A DNA stretch of 64,000 nucleotides, taken from Eledone cirrhosa (taxonomy: Eukaryota). The translations under genes were made by a program, and so were the position numbers. This document shows, piece by piece, positions 27,274 to 41,000 of this stretch (position 1 is the first letter of the stretch; each line of letters opens with the position of its first letter). Below the pieces are notes generated by a model that saw nothing but the letters and a program-made list of their open reading frames with translations, was not told where the DNA came from and did not search any database. The DNA lies in the NCBI GenBank assembly GCA_964016885.1, contig OZ024765.1:8556001-8620000 (forward strand). The letters run 5' to 3'.

Positions 27274-27304
<31 letters not shown>

Positions 27305-27687
27305 ATTTATATATATATATATTTATATATATAAATATATATATATTTATATATGTAGGTCCCGGGTTGAGTCGGGGATAACCACAGTAAGTAAGGTACT
27401 CAATACATGGCAGAGTAAAATTTTTTTTTTTTCCTATAAAATATATATTTATATATATAAATATATGTATATATATAAATATATATATATTTATATATAT
27501 AAATATATATATATATTTATATATATAAATATATATATATATATTTATATATATACATATGTATATATATATTTTTATATATATATATAATATATATATA
27601 TATATATTATATGTATATATATATATATATTATATGTATATATATTATATATATATTATATCTATACTAATATTTACTTCTGCATTC

Positions 27688-27763
27688 ACAGATTGATTTT
27701 TTTAGTTTCAGAAGATCCCGTTAAGGGTGAAAGCAGCGATTCTTTGCTTAAACTTTAATCTGT
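27688..27763 (+). ncRNA. Type I hammerhead fold with a U4A core change; partial copies at about 29315-29376 (minus) and 63273-63310
   Basis: AGUUU-CaGAAGA-UCCC guuaa GGGU-GAAA-GCAG..UUGC-UU-AAACU; outer helix acagauuga/uuaaucugu. Confidence 0.6.
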
Positions 27764-27973
27764 TATTTTAATATATATATATATATATATAATTATATAT
27801 TCGTGTACAGATATTTTTGCATGCACAAAAACAAAATATAAACAAACGTATTTATTTCATGAAAGCACAGACGGCTTATCGTCATTGTTACTGCCGATAT
27901 GCCACCCAAAAAGTCCTAGCCTGGCCGCAAGATCAGATTTTCCAGAAGAAAAAGTGTTACTAGAGCAACAGAG

Positions 27974-28163
27974 AGACTAAGCTTCACGATTACCATCAAC
28001 AAAACTCAGGGTCAAACCCTAAAAGTGGTTGGCCTTCATCTGGGAAAACCATGGTCAATTGTATGTAGGATGCGCTAAGGTGAGCTCGCCAAACAATCTC
28101 TTCATCTTTTCTCCCGAGGGCCAAACAAAAAATATTGTATACTCTGAGGCTCTAACAATGTAA
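27974..28163 (+). pseudogene. Helitron Rep/Hel (Pif1-like helicase) C-terminal fragment
   Basis: RLSFTITINKTQGQTLKVVGLHLGKP, frameshift, then HGQLYVGCAKVSSPNNLFIFSPEGQTKNIVYSEAL; matches the TINKSQGQTL..HGQLYVA motifs. Confidence 0.85.
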
Positions 28164-28880
28164 TTTATGTATTTTCTGTTACTTGGAATTTCCATTATGG
28201 TTGTACAAATTATTGTAAAGTTTCTTAAAAAATTTGTTCTCTGTTCACCCTTTATTGTTGTAACTATCAATTTTCTTTACCGTACTGGCTGAGAAAAGAA
28301 ACCTACAATGAAAGAACATCTTAAAGTTTAGCGAAGCCAAATATTGTATTTATTAACATTTCTATCTGCAGATTCTTAGCGAGCTTACTGGCGCTTTAGT
28401 ATGGTATTCAATTCTCATATGGTTTTTGATTTATATGGTGCATATATCGCAGCTATTCATATGTTTTAAACATTAGATAACAATTGCTGATGTATATTGT
28501 ATGACAGAATTAGCTGAAAAATATTTTGAATGAACAAATAAAAGAGATATAAAAGAGAGATATTAGTTGGTTGGTCCTTTGAAAAAAAAAAAATGACAAT
28601 CAGAAAGTATGTACAGGATTGGGATAAGAGTATATCCAGGAAAGTTTATTGATACTAATTTTATAAGACCAAAGAAGAAGAAAGACATACCACGTATGCT
28701 AACCAACCTGACTGCTATTTCTAGCAGGTTGGGAATCAACCATAAGGGATTCTCTCTGCGAGTTCATTGTCAGTGATGATCATGCTGCACGGCCTATGTC
28801 TTCAATTCCAACGGTGGTTTACACACACACACACACACACACAAACATTCACACAGGCACACACACACACACACATATAT

Positions 28881-28923
<43 letters not shown>

Positions 28924-29051
28924 GACACACGAACAATCACACACACACACATATATATATATATACACAAACACATACACACACACGATACACACTGTAA
29001 ACAAGACAATGCATTCAATACAGACGTTTTCTCTTCTGCCGGTCTTCTCTT

Positions 29052-29098
<47 letters not shown>

Positions 29099-29411
29099 TG
29101 TTATACTTTGGGAGGGTCATGTTGCCAATAAGAAACACACGCACCAGTTGCTTTCACTTCAATTTATTATATATTTATAATATAATGGTGCGTGTGTTTC
29201 TTATTGGCAACATGACCCTCCCAAAGTATAACAATATCGGTTTCAACACACGATTTCAGATAAAGAATCTTGCTAAACAAATTCAGAAACGAAATATATA
29301 TATATATATATATTTATTAAAATAACAGATTAAAGTTTAAGCAAAGAATCACTGCTTTCACCCTTAACGGGATCTTATATATATACATATGTATATACAT
29401 ATGTATATATG

Positions 29412-29476
<65 letters not shown>

Positions 29477-29665
29477 GTATATATATATGTATTGCACGGG
29501 GACATAGAAATAATCGGGCTGGATACCCGATTGCGCAGTTAAACCACTGGGAGTGAAGGACCCCTAGCCCTTGTCAGGGCATTCTTCTAGAAGAAGGCTT
29601 CTCAGAAAACTGGGATAACTCCGACATAAAACCTGCGGCTCAGTAGTTACCGATGATGTTGATCT

Positions 29666-29995
29666 AGGTGTTGAGGAATGGCTTGTGAGGACAGTGCAAA
29701 CTTTGTACAGAGGTGCTGTCTGTAAAGTGAGAGTAGGAATGGAGTTTAGTGAGGAATTCCAGATACAAGTAGGAGTACATCAAGGTTCAGTCCTCAGCCC
29801 GCTCTTGTTCATTATAGTCCTCCAAGCCATAACAGAGGAGTTTAAGACTGGCTGTCCATGGGAACTTCTCTATGCTGACGATCTGGTTCTTATAGTAGAG
29901 GAGCTAGAGAATAAATTCTGGCTATGGAAACAGCAGTTGGAAGCAAGAGGACTGAGAATGAACCTAGCTAAGACAAAAGTGTTGATGAGTAGAAC
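29666..29995 (+). pseudogene. Internal RT fragment of the RTE family
   Basis: GVHQGSVLSPLLF...ELLYADDL, nearly identical to 49590-49920 of the long RTE. Confidence 0.9.
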
Positions 29996-30064
29996 TACCT
30001 ACTAATGTTGATTTAAAACTGCACTATCCACAAGTGTTTTTTAGCCTTCATATCATGTTCTCCT

Positions 30065-30133
30065 GTTTTATCTGATGAAAACACAAATATTATTGCATGA
30101 TGATGTTTGTTTTTGAAATGCGCATAATAAAAT
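30065..30133 (+). ncRNA. Type I hammerhead ribozyme, best-conserved example
   Basis: GUUUUAU-CUGAUGA-AAAc ACAAAUAUUAU ugcaug AUGAUGUUUGU uUUU-GAAA-UGCGCA-UA-AUAAAAU; intact core, palindromic stem III, predicted cut after 30126. Confidence 0.8.
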
Positions 30134-30255
30134 ACATGGAACTCCTTTAACCATCTTTTGATCTTATATTATGTATACTCCAGTCCTACAAACTGTAGAG
30201 TGCTTCTTATCCGATATCTGCATTGCTTTATTGTACTACAATAAAACTCACCTCC

Positions 30256-30316
<61 letters not shown>

Positions 30317-30348
30317 GTGTGAGTGTGTATGTGTGTGTATATGTATGC

Positions 30349-30389
<41 letters not shown>

Positions 30390-30690
30390 CGAGCCCTCTT
30401 TAGATTTTAGTTTTCAAATTTATTATTATTACTATATATATATATATGTATCACGATAAATTAATGGAGGTTGGTGAAACATATCTTTGGATTTGTACGT
30501 GTGTTATATAGTTATAAAGGTATTTATTTACGCTTTAATTTATATTTTTAATTATCGTGTTTATAGTCTGCCTTTCATTGGTTATAGATTCCATACACTG
30601 GTGGTTTTTTTCCCTGTATTGTTGATAACGCACTATATATCTCTCTCTGGTGTGTTACCTTCTCAACCTATTATATATATTATATATTTC

Positions 30691-31063
30691 CATTCTTTAA
30701 GTATCACTTTAGAAGGAGAATCAGGGTGGAGAGAGAGGCACTGCACCCCAGTAAATTTACTGAAAGGTGGGTGAATGAAGCGAAAATGGCCCGAGTGATT
30801 GGGCCTTCTCTGTTTATAAGCCTGTAGGTTGAGGAAAAGAGCAAAAGGAAGAAAGGAGCACTTGCACAACACGCTCCTTGAGTTGAGGGTTGTTCTATCT
30901 ACGGGGTATTAAACAACCCATTTGTGGCGCCTCCCCCCTATTGGGGATTTCGATTGTTGAAATTGTTTGTTTTTATATTTTTTACACGACTGTATGTAAA
31001 ATCCCCGGCATGTCTTTGTATTGTCCCCTTTCTTGTTGCGCCCTTGTGGCTAATAAAGAAATC
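30691..31063 (+). mobile_element. 5'-truncated Tx1-like LINE copy with TSD
   Basis: ORF2 tail and 3' UTR ending AATAAAGAAATC; tatatatattatatatttc repeated at 30672-30690 and 31064-31082. Confidence 0.85.
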
Positions 31064-31276
31064 TATATATATTATATATTTCAAATCCCGCCGAGGTTGA
31101 CTTTGCCTTTCATCCTTATGGGGTCGATAAAATAAAGTACCAGTAATGCACTGGGTAATTGCTGGCCTTGTGCCTAAAGTAGAAACAATTATATATATAT
31201 ATGTATATATATGTATGTATATAATACTTTTTTTAACTACGCAAAAAGCAGAAAGAATGAAATGTAATTTTATGTA

Positions 31277-32432
<1,156 letters not shown>

Positions 32433-33317
32433 ACGAGAAAAGAAAAGGAAAAAAAAGAAAGAAGAAGGGGAAGAAGAAGAAGAAGAAGAGGCACCCTATT
32501 TAAGATGTTTCTCACCAGGAAATCGAACTTGGGTTTTCCTGGTTGCCAAGTGAAATCCCTCTAAAAACCCTCTCTTGGCCACAACCCCCCCCCCCCCCCC
32601 CCCCCACACACACACACATAATACCCTCCTCCCACAGTACCCCAAACACCCTCCGGTACCCCTTCCCCCCACACACCACACCACCCCCACAAAGGTAGTT
32701 GGCATACATACAACGAACGGCTGAATTCTATACTGCCCCCCCCCCCTCACTCCCCAACCAACATATTTCTTTCTCTCCCCCAATTCAAAGGTATTTTCTG
32801 GTGGCATAATTAATGCAATTTCCATCTTCCTAAGTTTCATAGCTAATCTAATTACTAATTAATCATAGATCTGTTAATCATAGTTATAATTTAATTAGGT
32901 CAGGCCAAAGAATGCAAAACAATTTTTAAAATGCCGATAATTGTATTGAGCTTTTGTTTGTAGCCGAAACAGCGAGAGGTGAGATGCTGGAATGGTAACC
33001 AGCTTATTTTGATCTCAGATGGAATATATTTTGTATCACAACATATTTCTGTGTTAACCCACTTCATACCAGAATAATAATAGTGAAAATTATTGTGTAC
33101 AGTGCTCAGGTGCACTACAACTCATCAAAGGTGCATGTATAGTACATAGAATAATGTACAAATGTCAGGAAAATGAACAATGTAGGAGTCATGATATACA
33201 CACAGATACACACAAACGCGTTAAGTTATGTTCCAAACACCAGCTTGATAATGAAAAATTGATTATATTAGTAAATCGCCCCAAATTCTTGATTATTTTC
33301 AAAATTATTTGAAAATA

Positions 33318-34688
33318 ATAGACAGTGTCTTTCATTAAAAATATGGTAATGAAAGGGTTAATGACATAGACAGTGTCTTTCATTAGAAATATGTTGATGA
33401 AAGGGTTAATGATATAGACAGTGTCTTCCATTAGACATATGGTAATGAAAGGGTTAATGATATAGACAGTGTCTTTTATTAGAAATATGGTAATGGAAGG
33501 GTTAATGACATAGACAGTGTCTTTCATTAGAAATATGATAATGAAAGGGTTAATGACATAGACAGTGTCTTTCATTAGAAATATGTTGATGAAAGGGTTA
33601 ATGATATAGACAGTGTCTTTCATTAGAAATATGGTAATGAAAGGGTTAATGACATAGACAGTGTCTTTCATTAGAAATATGGTAATGAAAGGGTTAATGA
33701 TATAGACAGTGTCTTTCATTAGAAATATGGTAATGAAAGGGTTAATGACATAGACAGTGTCTTTCATTAGAAATATGTTGATGAAAGGGTTAATGATATA
33801 GACAGTGTCTTTTATTAGAAATATGGTAATGAAAGGGTTAATGACATAGACAGTGTCTTTCATTAGAAATATGTTGATGAAAGGGTTAATGATATAGACA
33901 GAGTCTTTTATTAGAAATATGGTAATGAAAGGGTTAATGATATAGACAGAGTCTTTTATTAGAAATATGGTAATGAAAGGGTTAATGACATAGACAGTGT
34001 CTTTCATTAGAAATATGTTGATGAAAGGGTTAATGATATAGACAGAGTCTTTTATTAGAAATATGGTAATGAAAGGGTTAATGATATAGACAGAGTCTTT
34101 TATTAGAAATATGGTAATGAAAGGGTTAATGACATAGACAGTGTCTTTTATTAGAAATATGGTAATGAAAGGGTTAATGACATAGACAGTGTCTTTCATT
34201 AGAAATATGGTAATGAAAGGGTTAATGATATAGACAGTGTCTTTTATTAGAAATATGGTAATGAAAGGGTTAATGACATAGACAGTGTCTTTCATTAGAA
34301 ATATGTTGATGAAAGGGTTAATGATATAGACAGTGTCTTTTATTAGAAATATGGTAATGAAAGGGTTAATGATATAGACAGTGTCTTTTATTAGAAATAT
34401 GGTAATGAAAGGGTGAATGATATAGACAGAGTCTTTCATTAGAAATATGGTAATGGAAGAGTTAATGACATAGACAGTGTCTTTCATTAGAAATATGGTA
34501 ATGAAAGGGTTAATGACATAGACGGTGTCTTTCATTAGAAATATGGTAATGAAAGGGTTAATGACATAGACGGTGTCTTTCATTAGAAATATGGTAATGA
34601 AAGGGTTAATGACATAGACAGTGTCTTTCATTAGAAATATGGTAATGAAAGGGTTAATGACATAGACAGTGTCTTTCATTAGAAATAT
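33318..34688. repeat. 48-bp minisatellite made from a piggyBac-type MITE end; about 2.5 units also at 12348-12461
   Basis: Unit gacagtgtctttcattagaaatatggtaatgaaagggttaatgacata, about 28 copies, each containing AAAGGG-TTAA. Confidence 0.9.
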
Positions 34689-36298
34689 TAAAGTCTTTAC
34701 TGTAATACTGTAAATGTTCACAACAATCTGCCCACCAGTAAAGATACTATAAACATTTGATCATTACAGAATGTTTTGAGGACTAACATCCTTAAAATGA
34801 ACACGAATGTTTGCATTTTGCCTTAATAAAAACAGGAAATGCCTGTGCGAGATCTTACAGAGGTACACTCGGTCTAGAAATAATCATGCAAGCTATATCT
34901 TGTGTTCTTTGCAACATACTATTAATAGCTCTTTCTGTGCACTTTTACAGGTTGATTCATTTGAAGATATAGTTTCTCTGCACCCAACACAAACCTTATG
35001 CATCTCGCAACACCAACTTTTGTATTTCTATGAGAGAAAGTCACTCATTTTGATTGTTTCCTAAATATCTCACATAACATTTACATTACTCTATATATAC
35101 TATTGTATTTTCACAGTAAAGGCTTTACCTCACATAATATCTCACATAACATTTACATTACTCTATATATACTATTGTATTTTCACAGTAAAGGCTTTAC
35201 CTCACATAATATCTCACATAACATTTATATTACTCTATATATACTATTGTATTTTCACAGTAAAGGCTTTACCTCACATAATATCTCACATAACATTTAC
35301 ATTACTCTATATATACTATTGTATTTTCAAAGTAAAGTCTTTACCTCACATAATATCTCACATAACATTTACATTACTCTATATATACTATTGTATTTTC
35401 ACAGTAAAGGTTTTACCTCACATAATATCTCACATAACATTTATATTACTCTATATATACTATTGTATTTTCACAGTAAAGGCTTTACCTCACATAATAT
35501 CTCACATAACATTTACATTACTCTATATATACTATTGTATTTTCACAGTAAATACTTTACCTCACATAATATCTCACATAACATTTACATTATTCTATAT
35601 ATACTATTGTATTTTCACAGTAAAGGCTTTACCTCACATAATATCTCACATAACATTTACATTACTCTATATATACTATTGTATTTTCACAGTAAAGGTA
35701 TTACCTCACATAATATCTCACATAACATTTACATTACTCTATATCTACTATTGTATTTTCACAGTAAAGGTTTTACCTCACATAATATCTCACATAACAT
35801 TTACATTACTCTATATATACTATTGTATTTTCACATTAAAGACTTTACCTCACATAATATCTCACATAACATTTACATTATTCTATATATACTATTGTAT
35901 TTTCACAGTAAAGGCTTTACCTCACATAATATCTCACATAACATTTACATTACTCTATATATACTATTGTATTTTCCCATTAAAGTCTTTACCTCACATA
36001 ATATCTCACATAACATTTACATTATTCTATATATACTATAGTATTTTCACAGTAAAGGCTTTACCTCACATAATATCTCACATAACATCTCGTATACGAG
36101 AGACGTGTGTTGACGTGTGTGAACAAGCTCGGCTACCGAGTCGGATTTACTTACTCAAAAAGTGAGTTTTGATTAATTTTTTATACTGTAATATACGTTA
36201 ACCCCTTGCCTTGGTCGTCAAACTTTGAGTTTATTTATTTTCGCCCCTTTTTGGGGCGAATTTTCCAGTTAAAAATTTATTACGGCAAACTAATAGAA

Positions 36299-38041
36299 AT
36301 GGACGGAATTTTCACATCTCATCCTAACGTGAAAGCCACGCCCCCTAAGAAAGGTGATACAGAGAAGCTAGAAGCACAAGGCTCTAAGTCTTCCCTCCTC
36401 ACTTCTGCAAAAGAAACATGGAACACGGAATTAAAAGAAAAATTTGTAGAAATGGGTGAAAACCCAGAAAGTCACATAAACGCAGACAAAAACATCAACG
36501 ACAATAACAGCAATAGTCACAACACCAACCAAGGAAAAAATAACGATAACACCAAACAAAGTGAACCCACTACTGGTACCTCCTTTGCACAGGCGGTCCG
36601 GAAAACACAAACCTGCAAGCAACTGGACATTACAACTCTGAGAGAAAAGATGAAGGAAGCGAAACAGTATGTAACTTTCAAAGAAGGAGGAGACTTCACA
36701 ATCACCTCCCCACAAGAAATCAAAAGAGACACGACGCTAAGAACGATATCTTTCAGAACAATTTCCAACATAACAAGGAAACCAACTCAATTATCCCAAA
36801 AAGAGATTGAGCTGGTCCTAAAAAATGTGTGGAGTGATATATCGTTCATACAAAAAGGGCCACTCTATGGGAATATAACGGTCCTAATGAAGGATCAATT
36901 GACGGCCAGGAAATACTCTGTGGCACCAATTGTTTCCAAGATATATACATTTTTCCCCACATATTTAGGGAAAAGAACGCAGAAGATAAGGGTCTCCGGA
37001 ATCCGGCCAAATGCATGCATTTCCTGGGTACTAACAGGATTTTTAGAAGACGAGGACGGAATCCTCTCAGTAGGAGAAGTCACCACAGACGTTTTCGGCG
37101 GTTTGAGCGTGGAGGTTCTGGTCCAAATGAGACCAGAACGAATCGCTAGAATACCACAGAGGGTGTCCCTCGATGGAGAAACATTTATATATATTTCAGC
37201 CGAGGGTAGGAGGCCCATATGTTACTACTGTTCAAGCAGGGGTCATCTAAGGGCTGCTTGTCCTCAATTGACAAAAAAAAAGGCTCTTTTGCCTACACCC
37301 CACACACCACCACCGCCACCACCACCACCACCACCACCTCCACCACCACCACCACAACAACAACAAAAACAACAGGGAAAAATAACACAAGACACGGCCC
37401 CACCCAAAACAACTCCCAAAACACACACAAATACAACAAAACCCCAAAATACACCACTACCCGACAGCACGGACGAGGACCTAGCGGAAACGGCACCTAG
37501 TGACGAAGAGGGGGAACCCTTCCAACCTGTAAAAAGGAAAAAAAGAAAGCACCACTCGAACATAAACGAAACAAACACACAACCACCAACAAAAACAAAA
37601 CAAACAGAACAAACAAAATCCGCCCCACCCCAAAACATAACACATACAACAAAACGTAAGCACACACAAGAACAACAAACAAACACAACACAAATAAAAC
37701 AGTATACATACATTAACACAAATAACAAAGAACTAGTAAAAACAATACACAAAGACCCTTTGGTGGAAACTGAAGGGCAATTCTTTGCAAGCGCGGCCAA
37801 CAAACCGCATTTAAAAATGATAAGACTCCCAATGGACACCTATGCAAAACTAAGAGAGAACTTTCCTGAGGACGTGGGGAAAACATGTACTCGACCCTAT
37901 AACCGCGTCCTCTTGAAACGTTTCCCCACCCACACCTCACCAAACACCCCCACTCCACCACAGAACAACACCCCACCAAACAACCCCTCCAATACGCCCA
38001 TGGATATTGTGCAACCTGCTCCTCAGGAGCCGAACAGGTAG
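36299..38041 (+). CDS. LINE ORF1, gag-like nucleic-acid-binding protein
   Basis: First ATG at 36299; CCHC knuckle CYYCSSRGHLRAAC; Pro/Gln-rich linker; basic KRKKRK patch. Confidence 0.85.
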   Translation: MDGIFTSHPNVKATPPKKGDTEKLEAQGSKSSLLTSAKETWNTELKEKFVEMGENPESHINADKNINDNNSNSHNTNQGKNNDNTKQSEPTTGTSFAQAVRKTQTCKQLDITTLREKMKEAKQYVTFKEGGDFTITSPQEIKRDTTLRTISFRTISNITRKPTQLSQKEIELVLKNVWSDISFIQKGPLYGNITVLMKDQLTARKYSVAPIVSKIYTFFPTYLGKRTQKIRVSGIRPNACISWVLTGFLEDEDGILSVGEVTTDVFGGLSVEVLVQMRPERIARIPQRVSLDGETFIYISAEGRRPICYYCSSRGHLRAACPQLTKKKALLPTPHTPPPPPPPPPPPPPPPPQQQQKQQGKITQDTAPPKTTPKTHTNTTKPQNTPLPDSTDEDLAETAPSDEEGEPFQPVKRKKRKHHSNINETNTQPPTKTKQTEQTKSAPPQNITHTTKRKHTQEQQTNTTQIKQYTYINTNNKELVKTIHKDPLVETEGQFFASAANKPHLKMIRLPMDTYAKLRENFPEDVGKTCTRPYNRVLLKRFPTHTSPNTPTPPQNNTPPNNPSNTPMDIVQPAPQEPNR

Positions 38042-38062
38042 GTCCTTCCTCTTTTAACCAAC

Positions 38063-41000
38063 ATGGCTGATATAAGAGTTGGGTTTCTGAATGTACGTGG
38101 CCTGGGACTGTCTTGGAAACAAGGCAAACTTTTAAACGATCTCAGGTCACATAGAATGGATGTAATGGCTATTTGCGAGTCCAGGATCAGCAGCGAGCAC
38201 CAACTGGCGCCCCTCTTCGACGACTTTGAGATCTTCGCATCTCTCTGTCAACCGGGGGGTGGGGGTGGAGTTGTCGTTCTGCTGCGAAAACACCTGGGCC
38301 TCGCCATACAGAAGGTGCACCTGGACCCGGAGGGTCGACTGGTGGTTCTAGACGTCGGCAGTAGTGAAAGTGGAGCCCTTAGACTAATAGCTGTGTACGC
38401 CCCTTTTTGGGCAGCGCGGCCGGAATACTTCCAACGTCTGGAAACTTTTCTGGGAACGTCCCGCTCCTTGCTTTTAGTGGGGGACTGGAATGGTATCCTG
38501 GATGCACGTTGGGACTATGTAGGGGCATGTGCCAATAGAGGGGGGTGTAAAAGCCTCAAAAGGTTAATCGGCCGATTTGACCTGGCCGATAGATATCGAC
38601 TAGATTTTCCGACTGTACCACTATGGACGTGGACCAATCGCAGTGGAACATCTAGGTCGTACCTAGATAGGGTCCTAGTTAGAGAGAACGATAGGGACAC
38701 ATTTAGCTGTCCAAAAATGTTCATGGTTGACTATTCGGATCACAAGTTAGTGACCTGCATAGCCAACCTTGATAGAACCCATAGACAGGGACCCGGTTAC
38801 TGGAAGCTGAACTTGTCCTTACCGAGAAGCAAAGCTTACAGTAAACGGATTAGCACGTTAGTTAAGCAGAATTTGACAGGGGCAATTGTCAACAACAGGT
38901 GGTGGAGCTCTCTTAAGAGAGCAATTAGAATAGAATCGATAGGTTTTAGTCAGGAATTAGCAAGGGATAGGAACAAGACGGAAAGGGAATTAGTAGATAG
39001 AGTAGAAGAGGCGATTAGGAGTGGCAATGTAGCCGGCGTGCTGGCATCAAGAATGGCCTTAGACCAGTTCTTTGAGGTGAAGCATGAAGGCTGCGTTGTC
39101 AGGAGTAAAATACGTGCTCTGGGTAATGAGGGAGCCAAAGCTGTAAGCTGGGCCCGAGTGACAGAGGCAAAAAGTGGGAACAAGTCCACGATTCGGTCTT
39201 TGAAGGACCAGGATGGGCGTGTGATCCTTGAACCTGGGCAGATGTGTGCGGCCTTTCAGCGGCACTTTGCACGACTGTTCGAGAGGGGCGGCGCGCCGGG
39301 TGAGACTATGGATTTCAATCCATACCTCGACGGTCTGCCGCGCCTCTCGGACGCGGAGGCGAAGTCCTGCGAAAGGACGATTTCAGCTGCTGAGATAGGG
39401 GCGGCGCTGAGCCAATGCGGCAAACGCAAATCCCCGGGTCTCGATGGTCTACCATACGAGCTATATGTAGCGATGCCGGACTTGTTCTCCGATATCCTCG
39501 AAGCGGTCTACTGCAACTGGCAGCAGAACGGGAGAATTCCCAGTTCTGTGACCAAGGGCGTAGTTACGCTGGTGAGGAAGGATGAGAACAAGGGGGATGA
39601 CATAAGTAACTTCAGGCCCATAACTCTGCTAAATACAGAGTTAAAGATTTTGGCCAAGGTGTTAGCGAAGAGGTTGGCGCTTGTCGTTGGAAACCTGGTG
39701 GGAGAAGCGCAGACATGCGCAATCCCGTCCAGGTCCATTCACGACAATCTCCACCTTATGCGATACATCATAGAGAGGGTAGGGAATGAACCCGGCTTTG
39801 GTGGGGCCCTGATCAACTTGGATCAATCTAAAGCTTTCGATAGGGTTGACCATCGTTACCTGGATGCGGTGCTCGCGGCGGCAGGCTTCGGACCCGTTTT
39901 CAGGAGTTGGATTGCTGCGATGCACAGCAGCAACGTCTGCTCAAGGGTCAAGGTGAACGGCCACCTCTCGGAGCCGTTCCAAATCATGCGATCCATCCGA
40001 CAGGGATGCCCTCTCTCCTCCCTACTGTATGTGCTGGCTCTTGAGCCACTACTGCGGAAGTTGGAGCGGTTGCAGGGCATCCCTTTGGAACCGGGATTGC
40101 AGAAAGCGGCGTCGGCCTACGCCGATGACGTGACAGTAATGGTGTCGAAAACCTCGCAAATCGGTGAGATCGGCACCTTACTGGAGGAATATGAAAGGTT
40201 TACAGGAGCCAAGCTGAACCGGGACAAGTCCGTCGGTTTGCAACTCGGAACATGGAGAGGCAAACCGATGCCCTCCAACGACGTCGTCGGACGCTGGACG
40301 GAGGGCCCGGTGAAGCTGCTTGGGGTCTGGTTCGGACCAGACCTCCAGGTGGAGAAAAACTGGAACGAGGTAACGGCCAGGGTGTTTGCACTCACCCAGA
40401 AGTGGGCCCAGTGCAAACTATCCCTGAAAGGTCGAGCGGAGGTGGCGAATACTTATATAGCATCCGTCATCTACTACCGCTTGACCGTCGTGCCTTGCCC
40501 AGTGAAAAGACTCGCCAAAATGGAGTGCGCGCTGTTCCAATTTCTTTGGAACAAGCGGACCCCTTTGGTGAGGAGATCCATCTGCTGTCAACACCCTTCG
40601 AAAGGAGGGCTGGGGATGCCGTGGCTACAGATGCGTAAACACGCATTAAGGCTACGGCACCTCCAGGTATTCCTCACCGGTCAACCGGTGTGGGCCCCGT
40701 TTGTGAGGCGAGCCTTTCCCAGACTCGTCTCGCTCACCGAGCTGCAATCCTGGGTCAAGCAAAGACCGAGAAAAGTGGGCGACTGGCACATTGAATGTGC
40801 CCAGGCGCTCACGGCCCTCTGGAAAGCGGACCCGGCAATCAGTGGAGACTCCACCTCGACATTCTATAGAGGGTTGGTACGCAGCAGGTGCGACGATGCT
40901 CTCGGAGAAGCTCTAGGCATGGAGGAAGATGAACTGGCCAGTCTGTTCGGTAGGACGTTTGGCCCTGGACCGATGGACAACTTCCAAAAGTCCCTGGCTT

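Noticed and set aside
32800-32900. TAAT-rich cluster as a homeodomain enhancer
   Set aside because: Not distinguishable from AT-rich background without conservation data.
33189-36041. Repeat proteins MKDTVYVINPFITIFL and YFHSKGFTSHNISHNIYITLYILL (also 12640-13698 and 41720-43171)
   Set aside because: Unit lengths of 48 and 72 bp are multiples of three, so open frames arise trivially; the units derive from MITE sequence.
36206-36298. ORF1 start at TTG 36206 as given in the track
   Set aside because: Non-ATG start; the first in-frame ATG is at 36299.
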